In this document: piece after piece, positions 38,695 through 51,169 of the stretch
Numbering within the stretch: the first letter of the stretch is position 1
Layout: the number at the start of each line of letters is the position of its first letter
Source: Lama glama
Taxonomy: Eukaryota
Direction: 5' to 3'
Length of the DNA stretch: 64,000 nt
NCBI GenBank assembly: GCA_028534125.1
Contig: CM052817.1
Span: 47,866,001-47,930,000, forward strand
Program-made: the position numbers and the translations under genes
Notes under the pieces: model-generated
The model's database searches: none
Told to the model about the DNA's origin: nothing
What the model saw: the letters and a program-made list of their open reading frames with translations, nothing else

Positions 38695-39100
38695 AATTAA
38701 TAATTAAATTTTTGCCTCATAACAAACACCCCCCAAAATCTTATTAGCATACAACAATAAGCATTCTTTCTCACACTCAGAGGTCTGCAATGATCTACTG
38801 TAGGTTCAGCTGAGTGACTCTGCCTTAGGTTCAACTGCACTTGGCTTTAGGCTGAAAGTTGCGCTCAAGTCTGCTTGCTATGTCTTCCCCAGGATATGAT
38901 CTCACAGCAAAGTCAGAAGCTCAAGATCAAAGCCAAACTGCACAAACACCTTTATGGCCACTGCATGTCAGGCCACTAGCATTGCTTGGCTTAAACAAGT
39001 GATGCAGCCACACCCTAAACTGGGCAGAGAAATATACTTCATCCAGAGGGAGAAAGAGAGGGTGGTGAATATTTGCTGGGCAATAATTCAAACTATCATA
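38695..39100 (-). mobile_element. MaLR solo LTR (MLT1G/H-like)
   Basis: CATAACAAACACCCCCAAAATCTTATTAGCATACAACAATAAGCATT...GAATATTTGCTGGGCAATAATTCAAACTATCATA. Confidence 0.7.
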
Positions 39101-39199
39101 GATACATACAAATCCTACTGGAATTCAATTTATAAAGTGTTAGATGACATAAAGGGGACATGTCAATAAAGGCCAGTGTAATTCAGTGGAGATAAAAAA

Positions 39200-40470
39200 A
39201 GATAAAAGAGAAAAGTTTTATGAAAGAAGTTTCATTTAAGATAATTCTTGAATAAAGAAGGCATTGGAACTTGTAGAGACAGAGGTACCTAGATCTCTCA
39301 AGGAGATGAAAGAACAAAAACAACGGCCTAGGATTGGGATTGTGTGAACATATTTAAATATTATACGGCTAGCACACAAAGAACCTGTAGGGCAGTGGAG
39401 GGAGAAAACTCATAGACTTGACTTGGCAGTGAATAGTCAGTCATGGATTTTACGCAGTGCAATAACATGGTCTTTGGGCCATGGAATAATATGGGCTTTG
39501 AAACTACCAGTTTGGCAGTGATGCACGTATGAGACTTTCTGGAGAAAAGAGACTGAACGGAGGGAGAACCACTAGTAAATGCTTGGAATGTTTGTGAAGG
39601 TGTCACAATTGCTTGATCCAGAAAAATATCAGTAAGAAATTGGCAACTGGTTGGCTGCAGCGAGTCAAAAGAGAAAAGCATCAAAGATACATGGGATTTT
39701 TTTTAATTGAATAGACTTGGAAAATAGCAGTGAAATGATCAGAAATCAAAGACTCAGGAAGAAGAAAAGGTTTCAAGAAGATGATTAGCTAGTTTTAGAT
39801 ATATTTTTCTTGATACCTCAGCAAGAACATCCAGATGAAGACACCTGACAGGTGTGGAGCTTAACAGTGAGACTCAGGCTGAAGACAGTTACTCACTCAT
39901 CCATTCAAGAAACAGGGGTCATGCCCATTTTGTCACCATTGTAGGTCTGGCATCTAGCAGGTTCCTGGTTTATTCCAGGCCCTTGGGACATCCTTACTAA
40001 ATGAATGCTAGGCAGTCGGCCTACAATGGTGAAGGAGAAACAGACCATGCTTTCAGTAAATTCGCAGCCTGGATTTGAGAGTTATCACAGCAGAAGTTAT
40101 GACTGAAGCCATAAGAAGAAATACAATTGACTAGAATCTTCTACCCAACTCTAATGTAAAATCTTGGTAAATAGAACGTGCAGGAGTGAAGAGGAGAACA
40201 AGGAGGAAGCTGGAGCCATCAAAAGACAGATTACAGAAAAGAAGGAAAGTAAAAAATAACCAAGTCTCCGAGGAGCCATGTTAAGAGGAAGTTGCCTTAA
40301 TGTCACAGAGGGAAAGACTAACAGAATTTCCAATAGGATGAAAAATACAAACATGTTATTTGACTTGGCAACAGCAGATCCATGATGCTTTTCAGGAGTT
40401 GAACATTGGTGCAAAGCCAGATAGCAAGAACTTAAAGAAACAATAAGTGCTATTTAAGTGAAGGCAATAA
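39200..40470 (-). mobile_element. Fragmented L2
   Basis: Purine-rich antisense L2 segments (GGAGAACCACTAGTAAATGCTT; AGAAGATGATTAGCTAGTTTTAGATAT; TTTGACTTGGCAACAGCAGATCCATGATG). Confidence 0.55.
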
Positions 40471-40788
40471 ATTCAGTCTAAACTTTCAAAAAAAAAATTG
40501 ACAGTAATTGGCAAAGAAGGAATAAAATTCTTAATTATTGAATTAAAATAGCTCATAACCATGCATGAATAATATCCTTCTTTTGTTGTTCCCTGTTTAG
40601 TTCCGCAGTCCATGCCAGGTAAATCATGTGACTTTCTTTCTCATAATACTTCCATTGGTCATTACCGCTTAAAGTCCTAGGTTAGTTTTTCCCTCTAGCT
40701 CAAAAGCCAAACCTATATTTACAGCATTTTCATCCAGGCCTTTTCCTTATAATTTGTATTCTATGCTCCAGGAAAATTGAATAATTTT

Positions 40789-40890
40789 TACTTTCTCTCT
40801 CTTTTTTTTTTTAATGGAGGTACTAGGGATTGAACCCAGGACCTCGTGCATGCTAAGCATGTGCTCTAACACTAAGCTATACCCACCCCC
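40789..40890 (-). mobile_element. Short tRNA-Ala-derived SINE (vic-1 type) with perfect 16-bp TSD
   Basis: Minus strand GGGGGTGGGTATAGCTTAGTGTTAGAGCACATGCTTAGCATGCACGAGGTCCTGGGTTCAATCCCTAGTACCTCCA plus A tail. TSD AAAATTGAATAATTTT at 40773-40788 and 40891-40906. Confidence 0.9.
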
Positions 40891-41084
40891 AAAATTGAAT
40901 AATTTTCTATCCATTCCTTCCATCCAAAAAAAAAAATTTCATTCTCACTCAGGTAACTGCTCACATACTTCTCTCTACTTCTATTGTCTTATTCTTACAG
41001 TCTCTTCCCCACAAGATAACTGATCCATGAAGCCTCTGTTAGTCTCTTCAAGCCACTGTATTTTTCTCTTTTCTGAATAGAAAG

Positions 41085-42060
41085 ATGCAAATACCAAAAT
41101 AGTGAACAGAGGCAAATAAGTATAGACACACAGAGGTTTTTAAAATAATAAATAGATGATGTGAACAATTCTATGTTAGAAAATGGAAGGTCTAGATTAA
41201 ATGGACAAAGTTTATTTTCCCCACCAGAACATAAAATGCCAATATTTATGCAAGAAAATATAGATTTCTCAAATGGATAAGTAACAATGCAATTAATCTC
41301 AGACCAAGAGGATTTCAGGTAAAGTTTACAAAATTCTCAATGAACAGGTAACAGTATTATAGATGGTTGGAGTGGAAGTTGCCTAAGAGATTTTAGGATG
41401 CTAAAATCTCTTGATTCAAAATTTGTCTTGGACTGCACAAGAAAAGTAAATTATAGGACCATTTCACTTACTCATATAGATGCCAAAGTCCTAAATAATG
41501 TATTAGCCTATCAACAATGTATTTTAAATAACAATCAACAATGTCATTAAACTTCAACAATGTATTTTAAAATAACAATCAAGTAAAGTTTAACCCAGGA
41601 TTGAAAAAAATGATTGAATAACAGAAAAGTCTACCAATCATAATTCACCAAATTAATGAATGCAAACTGAATAATCATGTGATTTCTCCAATGATACTGG
41701 AAGTATTTGAATATTTATTACTTAAAAACTAAAACAAAGTAAAACATTTCTGAGTCTAGAATTAGAAATCTTGGAATTTTCTGAATTTCATAAGGCCTGA
41801 CCACTAAAATTCTATACCAACATTAAAAAACCATCTATTAGAGTGATTTAAATAAATCAGCAAATTTTATAAAAATCAACTGGAAAAATTAAAAGCTTCT
41901 CTCTCCATCAGCAATACCACCTACAAAATGGAGATCCATTCAACACAGCAATGTGAACTGGAATTAACCTTAAAACGGACCCAAGAACTTTGTGGAGTAT
42001 ATACTCCATGGTTGGGTGACTTAAAATCTATAATTTCAATGTCATTGCAACCAAAATTCG
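41085..42060 (+). mobile_element. Very old L1 ORF2 fragment (L1M5/L1ME-like)
   Basis: CTAGATTAAATGGACAAAG; AATTATAGGACCATTTCACTTACTCATATAGATGCCAAAGTCCTAAATAA reads NYRTISLTHIDAKVLN, like NYRPISLMNIDAKILN. Confidence 0.75.
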
Positions 42061-43129
42061 AGTCAGATGTTTTACCACTCTTCTGAGACTTTTTAAATCT
42101 TCCCCCTTGCATCACAATTATATGTATGTTTGTCTTATTTCCTCTCTTAAACCCTAAGTCATTTGAGGATAGTAATGTCTTCTCCATTTTTAAAATCCTT
42201 CAGAGCACCTAATAACACACAGCCTCATATAATAGGTGCTCAAAGAAATATATGTTGAAGAAAAAGGAGGAAAAAAACTATGAAGGTACATTTTCCATTT
42301 TTCATGATTTGTCCCAGGAAGAGTTCTTAAAATAGGTGTGTAAAGTGGGACGTCAAGGTTGAAGGGCTTCTCAATTTCCTTTCCTATAGGTTTTAATATT
42401 ATGATCGACTATATCCTAAACTGGCTGAAATGCTAGTAAAGATGTGGCATTTTTATATTTATTTATTACTGAATTTTAAAGAAATATTTCACTAACAGTT
42501 TCGTATTGATTTCTAACCCAATTTACCTTTGGATTCTCATGTACCAGCTCTTGTAATAGACACTTCGGGGAAATTACATCATTTAAAAAAATTATATATA
42601 TTACCATTCCTTCCCTTTTTCACAAAACCCTATACACCTCTATTTTGTTTCTAAATTATGTAGAATTTAGTGTCTCTTTAAATAGCACATGAATCAGGCA
42701 ATGCATCTGGCAAATTACTAGCTTGTATAATGTCCAAATATTTCCTCAATAGAAATAGAATCAGAATACTCACCAAAATCATTGAATGGTATGAAGAGTG
42801 TGTCTATCTTACAAAAATTTTAAATTCTCAGGAGATTTATGTGCACATAGACTCATAAATATTAGAACATGAAATTGATCTCAAAAATTAGATAAGGACG
42901 GAGAGAGGTTAACTTACTTTCTTACAGTCACAGAGAAGCTGGTGAAAGAAAACAGAGCAGACACAGTCAAGCAATCAATCAGCTATTCATTGACTGCCTA
43001 TAACGTTTTGTTCTTACCATGATCCATTATTCACAGCAGGGTCGATTTGAACAAAGTCACATAGAACACCCAGATGTGCACAAAACTGTGAGTTCAGTAA
43101 TGTTTTCCGTTCTTTCACAAATTTCTCTT

Positions 43130-43270
43130 CAGTGGAATACCAGTTCCTCACCTCCTGGATGTGTAACATTGGCACTATTACTTAGCCTCTGTGAGCATGT
43201 CACCTCACATATACATTGGAGATAATGCCTATTCATAAAGCTGTTGGAAAAGTTAAAGGGTAAAAGTAAG
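43130..43270 (+). mobile_element. MIR fragment
   Basis: GGATGTGTAACATTGGCACTATTACTTAGCCTCTGTGAGC...GGAGATAATGCCTATTCATAAAGCTGTTG. Confidence 0.55.
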
Positions 43271-43614
43271 TCCTTGCTTCACAGTCACTGACAAAGAGCA
43301 TTTCTTCTTCCTTCCTCTCTTTTAAACAATATGGCTTCTTAGTCTCTAACAGTCTCCTTTTTTCAAAATAGGAAGAATATCTCTCAACCTGACTTACTCT
43401 TTGACAAAACTAATTTATAGTATTCTTCCAAAAGTCTTTCCAAGTTATTCTATTCAAAAATAAAAATTATGTTTGACTATATAAAAGAAATATTGGTTGG
43501 ATCATTTACATAAACTCCCTCTCCATGTCTATATATCATACTGAAAAATAATTCATTATTTATATCCTTAAATTTGACACATTAGCTTTCTTCCCTTTGA
43601 CAATCTGGAAGGTA

Positions 43615-43790
43615 CGGCAGAAAGAGCACAGATTAGGAGTGAGGTCACCTCGCCTCTCACTCTGGCTCTGCCGTTATTTAATCATGTCATTTAGGGGGGA
43701 CCACTTAATCTCTCTGACTCACCTCATCTGGAAGCTCAGGGGCTGAGCGAGGTGACTTGTGAGTTTCTTCACTCCGTAAAAGTCTCTGTT
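43615..43790 (+). mobile_element. MIR/MIR3 fragment
   Basis: GAAAGAGCACAGATTAGGAGTGAG...CTGGCTCTGCCGTTATTTAATCATGT...CCACTTAATCTCTCTGACTC. Confidence 0.55.
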
Positions 43791-44389
43791 TCTCAGTGCT
43801 TTTATAGGTGCTCAGTCTTTCCAAGGTTTCCTCTTTTCCCATATACTTGTAACTTACACAAAACTACCAAGGCCCTTACCACTTCCCAGAGATTTGCTCT
43901 TGGAAATTGGAGACATAGTCTAAAAATTAATAATAAGGGAGTATGAAAACATAACTTTAGGTTACATTATGTTTATGGTTAACAAACACTCAGATGTATG
44001 TGGAATTATATTAGTCTCTTATCTCATCTGAACTTTTAGAATATCATAGCAGTTTTCCTCAGAATATTCTTTAGAGAGAAGTGAAAAAGAATCTGAAGGG
44101 TAAGAGTACCTACATTTTGCATTTAGTGAATGGAAAAGGAGAAGCCAGTTGTCAAAGTTGGCAACAGACATAATTAGAGCACTCCATCTACAACTCTCAC
44201 AACTTGAACGTTATGAATAATAAGATACTTGAAGTATCCTAATTTTTAAAAAATTCCCTAAGCACTGTTGTCTCTGAAGCCACAATTACCTGCTGCTAAC
44301 CTAACCAGTTATCCGAAGAGAGCACTTTTTATTTATTTCCCTCATTCACACACTGCCTCATCTATTCAAAAGCAATTTTTAAAAAAATG

Positions 44390-44840
44390 AATCCCTACAC
44401 TTATGCACTGGATTCCAACACTTTCACCTACTCAAGGAAATGGCTCCTGCAATTCTCCCCTGACCCACCTAGATTTGTCATCTTTCCTGTGTATTTCCTG
44501 TCTATATAAAAATGCTGCAATTTCTCCCACGGAAATCTAAGCCTCTCTTGACCTCACTTCTGCTCTAGCTTTTCTCCTCCTTATAAATTCCCCAGAAGAA
44601 TCGCCTGTGTTTCTTTTCCCATTATTCTCCTTTGTTGTCCCTTGACTTCTACCCAACTGGGCTTTTGCTACCACTGCTTTATCCAAATAACTCTTGCTGA
44701 GGTCAACAATTACCTTCATGCTGTTAACTCAAAAAGCCAAGTTTCAGTTCTCGTTGCAATTGACGTGTCTGCAACACGTGACATAGAGGCTCACTTCCTT
44801 TTCCTGGAAACAGTTTCTTCATTTAGCTTCCAGGATAACT
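44390..44840 (+). mobile_element. L2 fragment
   Basis: GCACTGGATTCCAAC...CTCAAGGAAATGGCTCCTGCAATTCTCCCC...TTGCTGAGGTCAACAATTACCTTCATG. Confidence 0.7.
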
Positions 44841-44889
44841 GTTATAAAAACAACAATAATGACTAGCACAGGCTAGCGCTGCTGCATGT

Positions 44890-46620
44890 TTTAGGTCACC
44901 TGCATGTGCCACGATCCATCTGTTTTGCCATAAAGGCGATCTGGATGGATTCAACTTTGATGTGATGAAGTCTACTGCCCCTCCATCTGATTAGCCTTTT
45001 GTAGGATTCCAGCAGTTCTTCCTGGGATGGGCTCCTGTGGCACTACCATGATTTACTACCTTAACCAGAGTGTAGGGTGGGAGTGGGAGGTGGGTGGCAA
45101 TTTCAGAGAATCTCACTGGGCCTTTCTTAACAGGCTAGCTCTTACTCCACAGGGGCGGGAACCAAAGTAATGGTTCTAGCATCTCCCGAGGATAGCTACC
45201 ACGATTACGCACTCAGGAACTGAAGAAATGACCACAGACAGGTCGTGGGCTGGGCCTACTGTGAGTTGATGTGAGCCAGGACTTCATTTGTTTCTTGGCC
45301 CTTCTACTGAGCAGCTCTAATAAGGGTGCCATGACAGCATTTTGAGACCTCTGATATTAGCGCTGGCTCAGCCTCCTTATTCCAATAATCCTCACAAGAT
45401 CTGAGTGTTTCCACAACCCCAGTATACAATGCATTGATAAGTGGCTATAGAGCCCCTTGGTAATACACTGGTAATCAGCTTCTGGAAATACATGTTGTGG
45501 TAATACATAGTTCTTTATCAGGGGGAATGGCCTCCTCTTTGCTTTGAAGAAGTTGACTTCAGTCCTTTACTTACAAGGTCTTAAAATGATTTGGTTTTAT
45601 AATTCGAGCAGCCCTCTCATTGGCTGCCCATCTCCATTGGTCTAAGCATCCACAGTCCATTAGCCATCGTCACAGATCCCTATAACGTCAAGGCCCCTAG
45701 GTGCATACAAATGTGCTGCCCATTCCAGTAATTATGACCACCTTGCCTCTGGTGGTTAAGTGCCACCATTGGGTCTCCTCTATTCTGGAATCCTATCACC
45801 CCACTGATACTACAGAGTTAGCTCCACAGTAGCAACTCCTATTGTCAACTTGCTTACAGAGGACAGCTGTCACTGAGCTTCTCAGTGATGCCAGTGCCCC
45901 CCACACCAGTGCATTCTTCATTGCTTAAGTGACAGAAGTGTCCCCTGCCCTCTATAGGGGAACATAGTCAGCTGTTTATGTAATAAATTTATTCTAGCAT
46001 GGCCACGTCTCTTGAGCCTTCTGATCCCTTGCTCAATTGTCTACCAAAGCAGTTACAGCATCTCCACCTCTTTGACTGTGGCATTGTTATATCCATAGTT
46101 TCAAGGAGTGAAAGGAATAGTGTATTAGGACCATCCAAGTGTTATTGCCAGTATGTTAAATCCTGAATCATGAGAAAGTATCTCCATAGCAATAAACTCT
46201 TCTTCATCCAGTTTTATATTTGGCCTCTGCCCCCAACATACACTATTCCCATCCTTGCTCTCCCAGCTCCTGTCAGTGGTAGCCATATTTTACAGCTTTT
46301 TAAGTAATAATCCACTTCCTTCAATCACAGAGACTGTACTTCCTTCTTCCTTCCACTCTAAGACTGGACCCCAGCTATTGGCCTAGAAACAATGAGAAAG
46401 GTGTAAGCAGATGTTGAGGAAGGCAAGTATCATCTCAGAAGTCCTCAGGTAAGCAAGCCTTTGCACAGTTTTCAGACAACAGGAGAGGATAGCCAGAGAG
46501 AGGGGCTGCTTCTGCCAACATTTAGGGCTCCTGGAAGCCTCATAATGGCAAATATTATGCCAAGATTACCACCCCAGTTAGGATCAACAATGGGATCTTT
46601 ATTTTTATCTGACACAGAAA
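44890..46620 (-). mobile_element. ERVL internal region: decayed gag, protease and start of RT
   Basis: Minus strand near 45430-45360 reads VYWGCGNTQIL*GLLE, matching the ERVL protease context VHWGKGNxQTFxGLLDTGSE. Upstream gag-like segments (GAAGAATGCACTGGTGTGGGGGGCACTGGCATCACTGAGAAGCTC). Confidence 0.8.
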
Positions 46621-46679
46621 ATGATCACATTCCAGACTCTCATTCTAAGGGTCTTTTTTCTAGGACACTTTTCATATCA

Positions 46680-47088
46680 ATTGTTTTAGAGTCTGAGTCA
46701 AGGATTTGGATACAAATCATTCTCTTGGGAAATAATTCTAGGAAGCATGTTAAAGGTGGTGGCAATTGTGAAAGAGAATGGAGGAAATCAAATAAACAGA
46801 ATGTTAAAGTGCAGGTTTTCACAGTGAGCAACTGAGCTTCTCTGAAACACTATAAAATATACCTCAGAAGTGTCCTGTCAAGGGACAAAGAAGTTGAAGT
46901 ATCTGTCCACAAACTCCTGACTCTCATTGTTTGTTGGCTGATAGGACTTAACTCTCAGCCCCCTTCAGGCCCATCCCTGGGGAGAGGTCAAACATGCTCC
47001 CTCACTCAGTTAGGCAGAAATAGTAGGTTTGTTTAATCCACAGAAGCTGCAGTGAGATCCAGGTGGTCTACTGACATCACCTGCTACA
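46680..47088 (-). mobile_element. ERVL LTR (LTR16/LTR67B-like), probable 5' LTR of the adjacent internal region
   Basis: GAGTCTGAGTCAAGGATTTGGATACAAATCATTCTCTTGGGAAATAATTCTAGGAAGCA...ACCTGCTACA; same orientation as, and upstream of, the gag-pro region. Confidence 0.65.
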
Positions 47089-47295
47089 TATGCTACCAGA
47101 CACTGAAAACCTCTCTCCTGCCTTAAAAAAAAAGGTGTCAATTATGTTTTTTAATATGCACAAAAATAAATGTAATTTAAAAAAAATTTTTATCCACTTC
47201 CCACCTAAAAATCTTGTTTTATTCTACTATTAATATGCATCCTGCACATTGGAAAAGACTGTAATGAACAACCACAGAAGAATTGTTATTTATGG

Positions 47296-47513
47296 GGGAA
47301 AGAGGAGAGGGAGGGATAATTGGAAGTTTGGGATTGACTGATACAAACTATTATGTACAGGATAGAAAAACAACAAGGTCCTACTGTACAGCACAGGGAA
47401 CTATATTCAATGGCTTGTAGTAACCTGTAATAAAAAAAGAATACGAAAAGTATGCTCTATACCAGAAGCTAACACAACATTCTAAATCAAAAAATTGAAA
47501 ATATAAAGAAAAA
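47296..47513 (+). mobile_element. L1 3' end with 18-bp degenerate TSD
   Basis: GTACAGCACAGGGAACTATATTCAA motif. TSD AAGAATTG(T/C)TAT(T/C)TATGG at 47278-47295 and 47514-47531. Confidence 0.88.
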
Positions 47514-48867
47514 AAGAATTGCTATCTATGGATACATTTAGATAGATATTATAAAAACTATAGATATTAGATATGGATAAAATTGTATATATAATAACTC
47601 TGTAACAGAGATGATGAATTGACAGGAAGAAGGACTACATGTGTTTGCAGGGAAACCAGCTGGGAGGCTATTACAATCCCCAGAGCACTAACCAAGGTAG
47701 TAACTGGGGGGTAAAATGGAGAAATGGACAGTTTTGAAATATCTTAATGAGACAGAGTTTATAGAGCTCATTGACTAGCAGAATGTGGGTATTGGATGAG
47801 TAGAGGAATCAAAATACAGTGTCTTTTCCCTTTCTTTAGATATGCAAGTTAAGTATTTAAGAGCAATTAACTGAAAGAGAAATTACAGATATCTTCATAA
47901 AAATCTAGTTTAAAATTCAGTGTAAGAATTTCTAATAACTCTTCAGATTATTTTGGTATTTTCCAAAGTTTGAGAACCGTGGCCTAATATAATACTGCCA
48001 GAATTCCTTCTTAAAAGATTTTTGAGTGTCTTTAACTGGCCTACAGGTATCAATAGCCACAACATCACCTATTTTAGGTGTTCAAAGTTTCTGTATGGAA
48101 ATGTATAAATTCATATTAGCATGAAACAAAAAGGTTAACTGTACATCTATCAGATTTCCAGTAACTACCTTGGCAAAAAGCCAAATAGTGTGTTAACCAT
48201 TGTCAGACACCATTCTGAGCAGAACCTTCCAGCAGAAGGAGGTGAACTGAGAGAAGCAATAAAAAACACCCCCCAAAAATCCAAATGCCAAAATATAAAT
48301 GCTTCCTATTCTTTCTAATAAGTACTCAATGAATATCAATTGAGGCAGCTCCAGAATTAAGCAGGATGGATTCACAACTGGCCACTTACACTTATTAATT
48401 GCCACACAAAACTCACAATATGGTACAACCTGGTTGCCACATCACTAACACAAACCAGCTGTGATATATTCTTTCCACTTGAAAGACTGCACCATTCAAC
48501 AGAAGACTATCTCTTTTTCAACCTTGCATGAAGATTTTTTGCGACAAAAAAAATTTTAACAAAAACAGGTCACTTTTTCTCCAGCTGCTTAATGACTGAA
48601 AAGGTTAAAAATATCATTAAATTTAAACAGAAATAAAAAGCATAGATTTGGTATGAGAGGAGTTATTGACATTTTAAGGATAGTGATTTTAAAATATATA
48701 TCCTGGAAAGATCTTCAAGAAAAATGGAAACAAATGTTTATTTCTGACTGGTTTAATATAGCTTAATTCATTCAACAAATATTTATGGAGTATCTATTTT
48801 ATATTTGACTGTCACTTTCTCTGAATGCTGGGGACATAGCCATGATTAAGACAAAGTGTATCTTCTG

Positions 48868-49063
48868 AACACCACAGTGATAAATATTTAACTGGTTCTC
48901 CAGAAGGAAAAGTCCTGATTTGTAGACTTCACTGGTGCCTATAGTGTAAATACTCCTATCGTGGCCAATTTCAAGCTACTTATATGACATCACTGAGGAG
49001 CTGGTAAGTGATGCACACAGCTGACTTTCAGGAGCCAGTAGGAGCCAGCTCTACCACACCTCT
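48868..49063 (-). mobile_element. hAT MITE (MER63A-like)
   Basis: CCTGATTTGTAG...GTGTAAATACTCCTATCGTGGCCAATTTCAAGCTAC...TGACATCACTGA...GAGCCAGCTCTACCACACCTCTG. Confidence 0.8.
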
Positions 49064-49736
49064 GGAACACTGGGATGATGGGCTCTCTCAAAAAAAGAGG
49101 GTGGTTGGATTATGTAGAAAATATAAGTTTTGAAAAACACTATATCCCTTTAATGTATACTCTACCCTTCTCTTAGAACCTATCCAAACACAGCCCAATA
49201 ACAAGTTCTACAATAAAGACTTATTTAGAATGATCTAGCCAGTGTTTCTCAAAATGACCCCAGAAATAGTTTGACAGTTTGGATAATCTTTAAACTACAT
49301 AATCAGCCCTTGAAGTTGGTGCATCTGACTGTGAAGGACTTAAATGTGAGGCTCTCAAAATTCTCAGAACTAGCAGGGGCAGGTACACCTTAACATAACC
49401 AGAATGACATTTCCCAAGTGATTACGTACTCTAAAGACATGCAGAATCTACTCCAGGGGTCATTTGGTTCTTATCACCAAGATTTGTTTTAGCCACTGTT
49501 TATGCTATTTCTCAGTCATTCAGAGAAATGATCAGATTATGTCTTCTTTTGTGAACTACAAAAATTCTTTAATTTTCTTTTCCTAAATTCTTCCTTGTCA
49601 TCCATTTAAGGCTGATAGAATAAAAATAAATAAATTAAATAAAAATAAAAATAAACCAGTCATTTTTTTGATAACAGCTTGACAATAAAAATAACAACTT
49701 AGACTTCAAAAATATTCATTAAAAGACTATGCTTGG

Positions 49737-50428
49737 CTGTTATGGAAAACAGTATGGAGATTCCTCAAAAAACTAAAAATAGACTTACCATATGACCCAG
49801 AAATCCCACTCCTGGGCATATATCCAGAGGGAACCTTAATTTAAAAAGACACCTGCACCCCAATGTTCGTAGCAGCACTATTTAAAATAGCCAAGACATG
49901 GAAACAACCTAAATGTCCATCAACAGACAACTGGATAAAGAAGCTGTGGTATATTTATACAATGGAATACTACTCAGCCATAAAAGGAATAAAATAACGC
50001 CATTTGCAGCAACATAGATGGACCTGGAGAATGTCATTCTAAGTGACATAAGCCAGAGAGAGAAAGAAAAATATCATATGATATCACTCATATGTGGAAT
50101 CTAAAAAAGAAGGACAAGCGAACTTATTTACAAAACAGAAAGACTAACAAACATAGAAGACAAACTTATGGTTACCAGGTGGGGAAAGGGGTAGGAAGGG
50201 ATAAATTAGGAGTTTGAGATTTGTAGATACTAACTAATATACATAAAATAGATAAACAAGTTTATACTGTATAGCACAGGAAACTGTATTCAATATCTTG
50301 TAGTAACTTATAAAAGAATATGAAAACAAATATATGTATGTTCCTATATGACTAAAGTATTGTGCTGCACAACAGAAATTGATATAACATTGTAAACTGA
50401 CTATACTTTAATAAAAATATTTTTTTAA
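49737..50428 (+). mobile_element. L1 3' end (ORF2 C-terminus and 3' UTR) with TSD
   Basis: TATGGAAAACAGTATGGAGATTCCTCAAAAAACTAAAAATAGAC...CCAAGACATGGAAACAACCTAAATGTCC. TSD core ACTATGCTTGG at 49726-49736 and 50434-50444. Confidence 0.93.
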
Positions 50429-51169
50429 AAAAAACTATGCTTGGATCAATAATTGAGCCCTTTTTCTGACCAAAACAAATAACTGAGAAATTGTGATAAG
50501 TCACTTACACTTTTATAACAAACAAAATTATGGAGAAACTTGAGCACTGACTTTTTTAACTTCATATTAAAAAACAGAAAAACACTGAGACCCAAAGCAA
50601 TGACTTACACTAAAAAAAATCTAGTAGTGACTTTGTGTGGCAGGTTTAGAATATGTGTAATTCTGAAAGTCCATATTCTAACAAATAATGAAGTTTTCCA
50701 TTTGAGGCTTGAAGAGAATTCCAAAATGGGGAAAGCCTCTTGGGAAATAACATTTTTCTCTATCTTCCTAGCAACCTACCTACCTACCTATCTGAGTTTT
50801 GCTATAGGATCAAGATGCGAAAAGACACAGTATGTTTAAATACAATCATAAAAACATTTCTAGACATTTTAAAAAGAATTTTTGCATATATTTAGCCTTT
50901 TTAGAAAATTGTCCTAAATATTATTTATGGAAATCACAGTGATTCAGCCTTGGGCTCTGGAAAATGAGGTCTCAAGAACAAACTGCATAAATGATAAAAC
51001 ATGATGCTACATCAAATATGTTAATTTGATTCAGTAAATTTTTACTAAGAACATGCTATGAAAGAGGATCTGTACATGAAGGGGAATCAATCCCTACACG
51101 TCAAGAGTTCAAGTCTGTCAGAAGCTGAAGTGCTTTAAAATATTTTGATGACAATTTTTCCAAGGGAAA

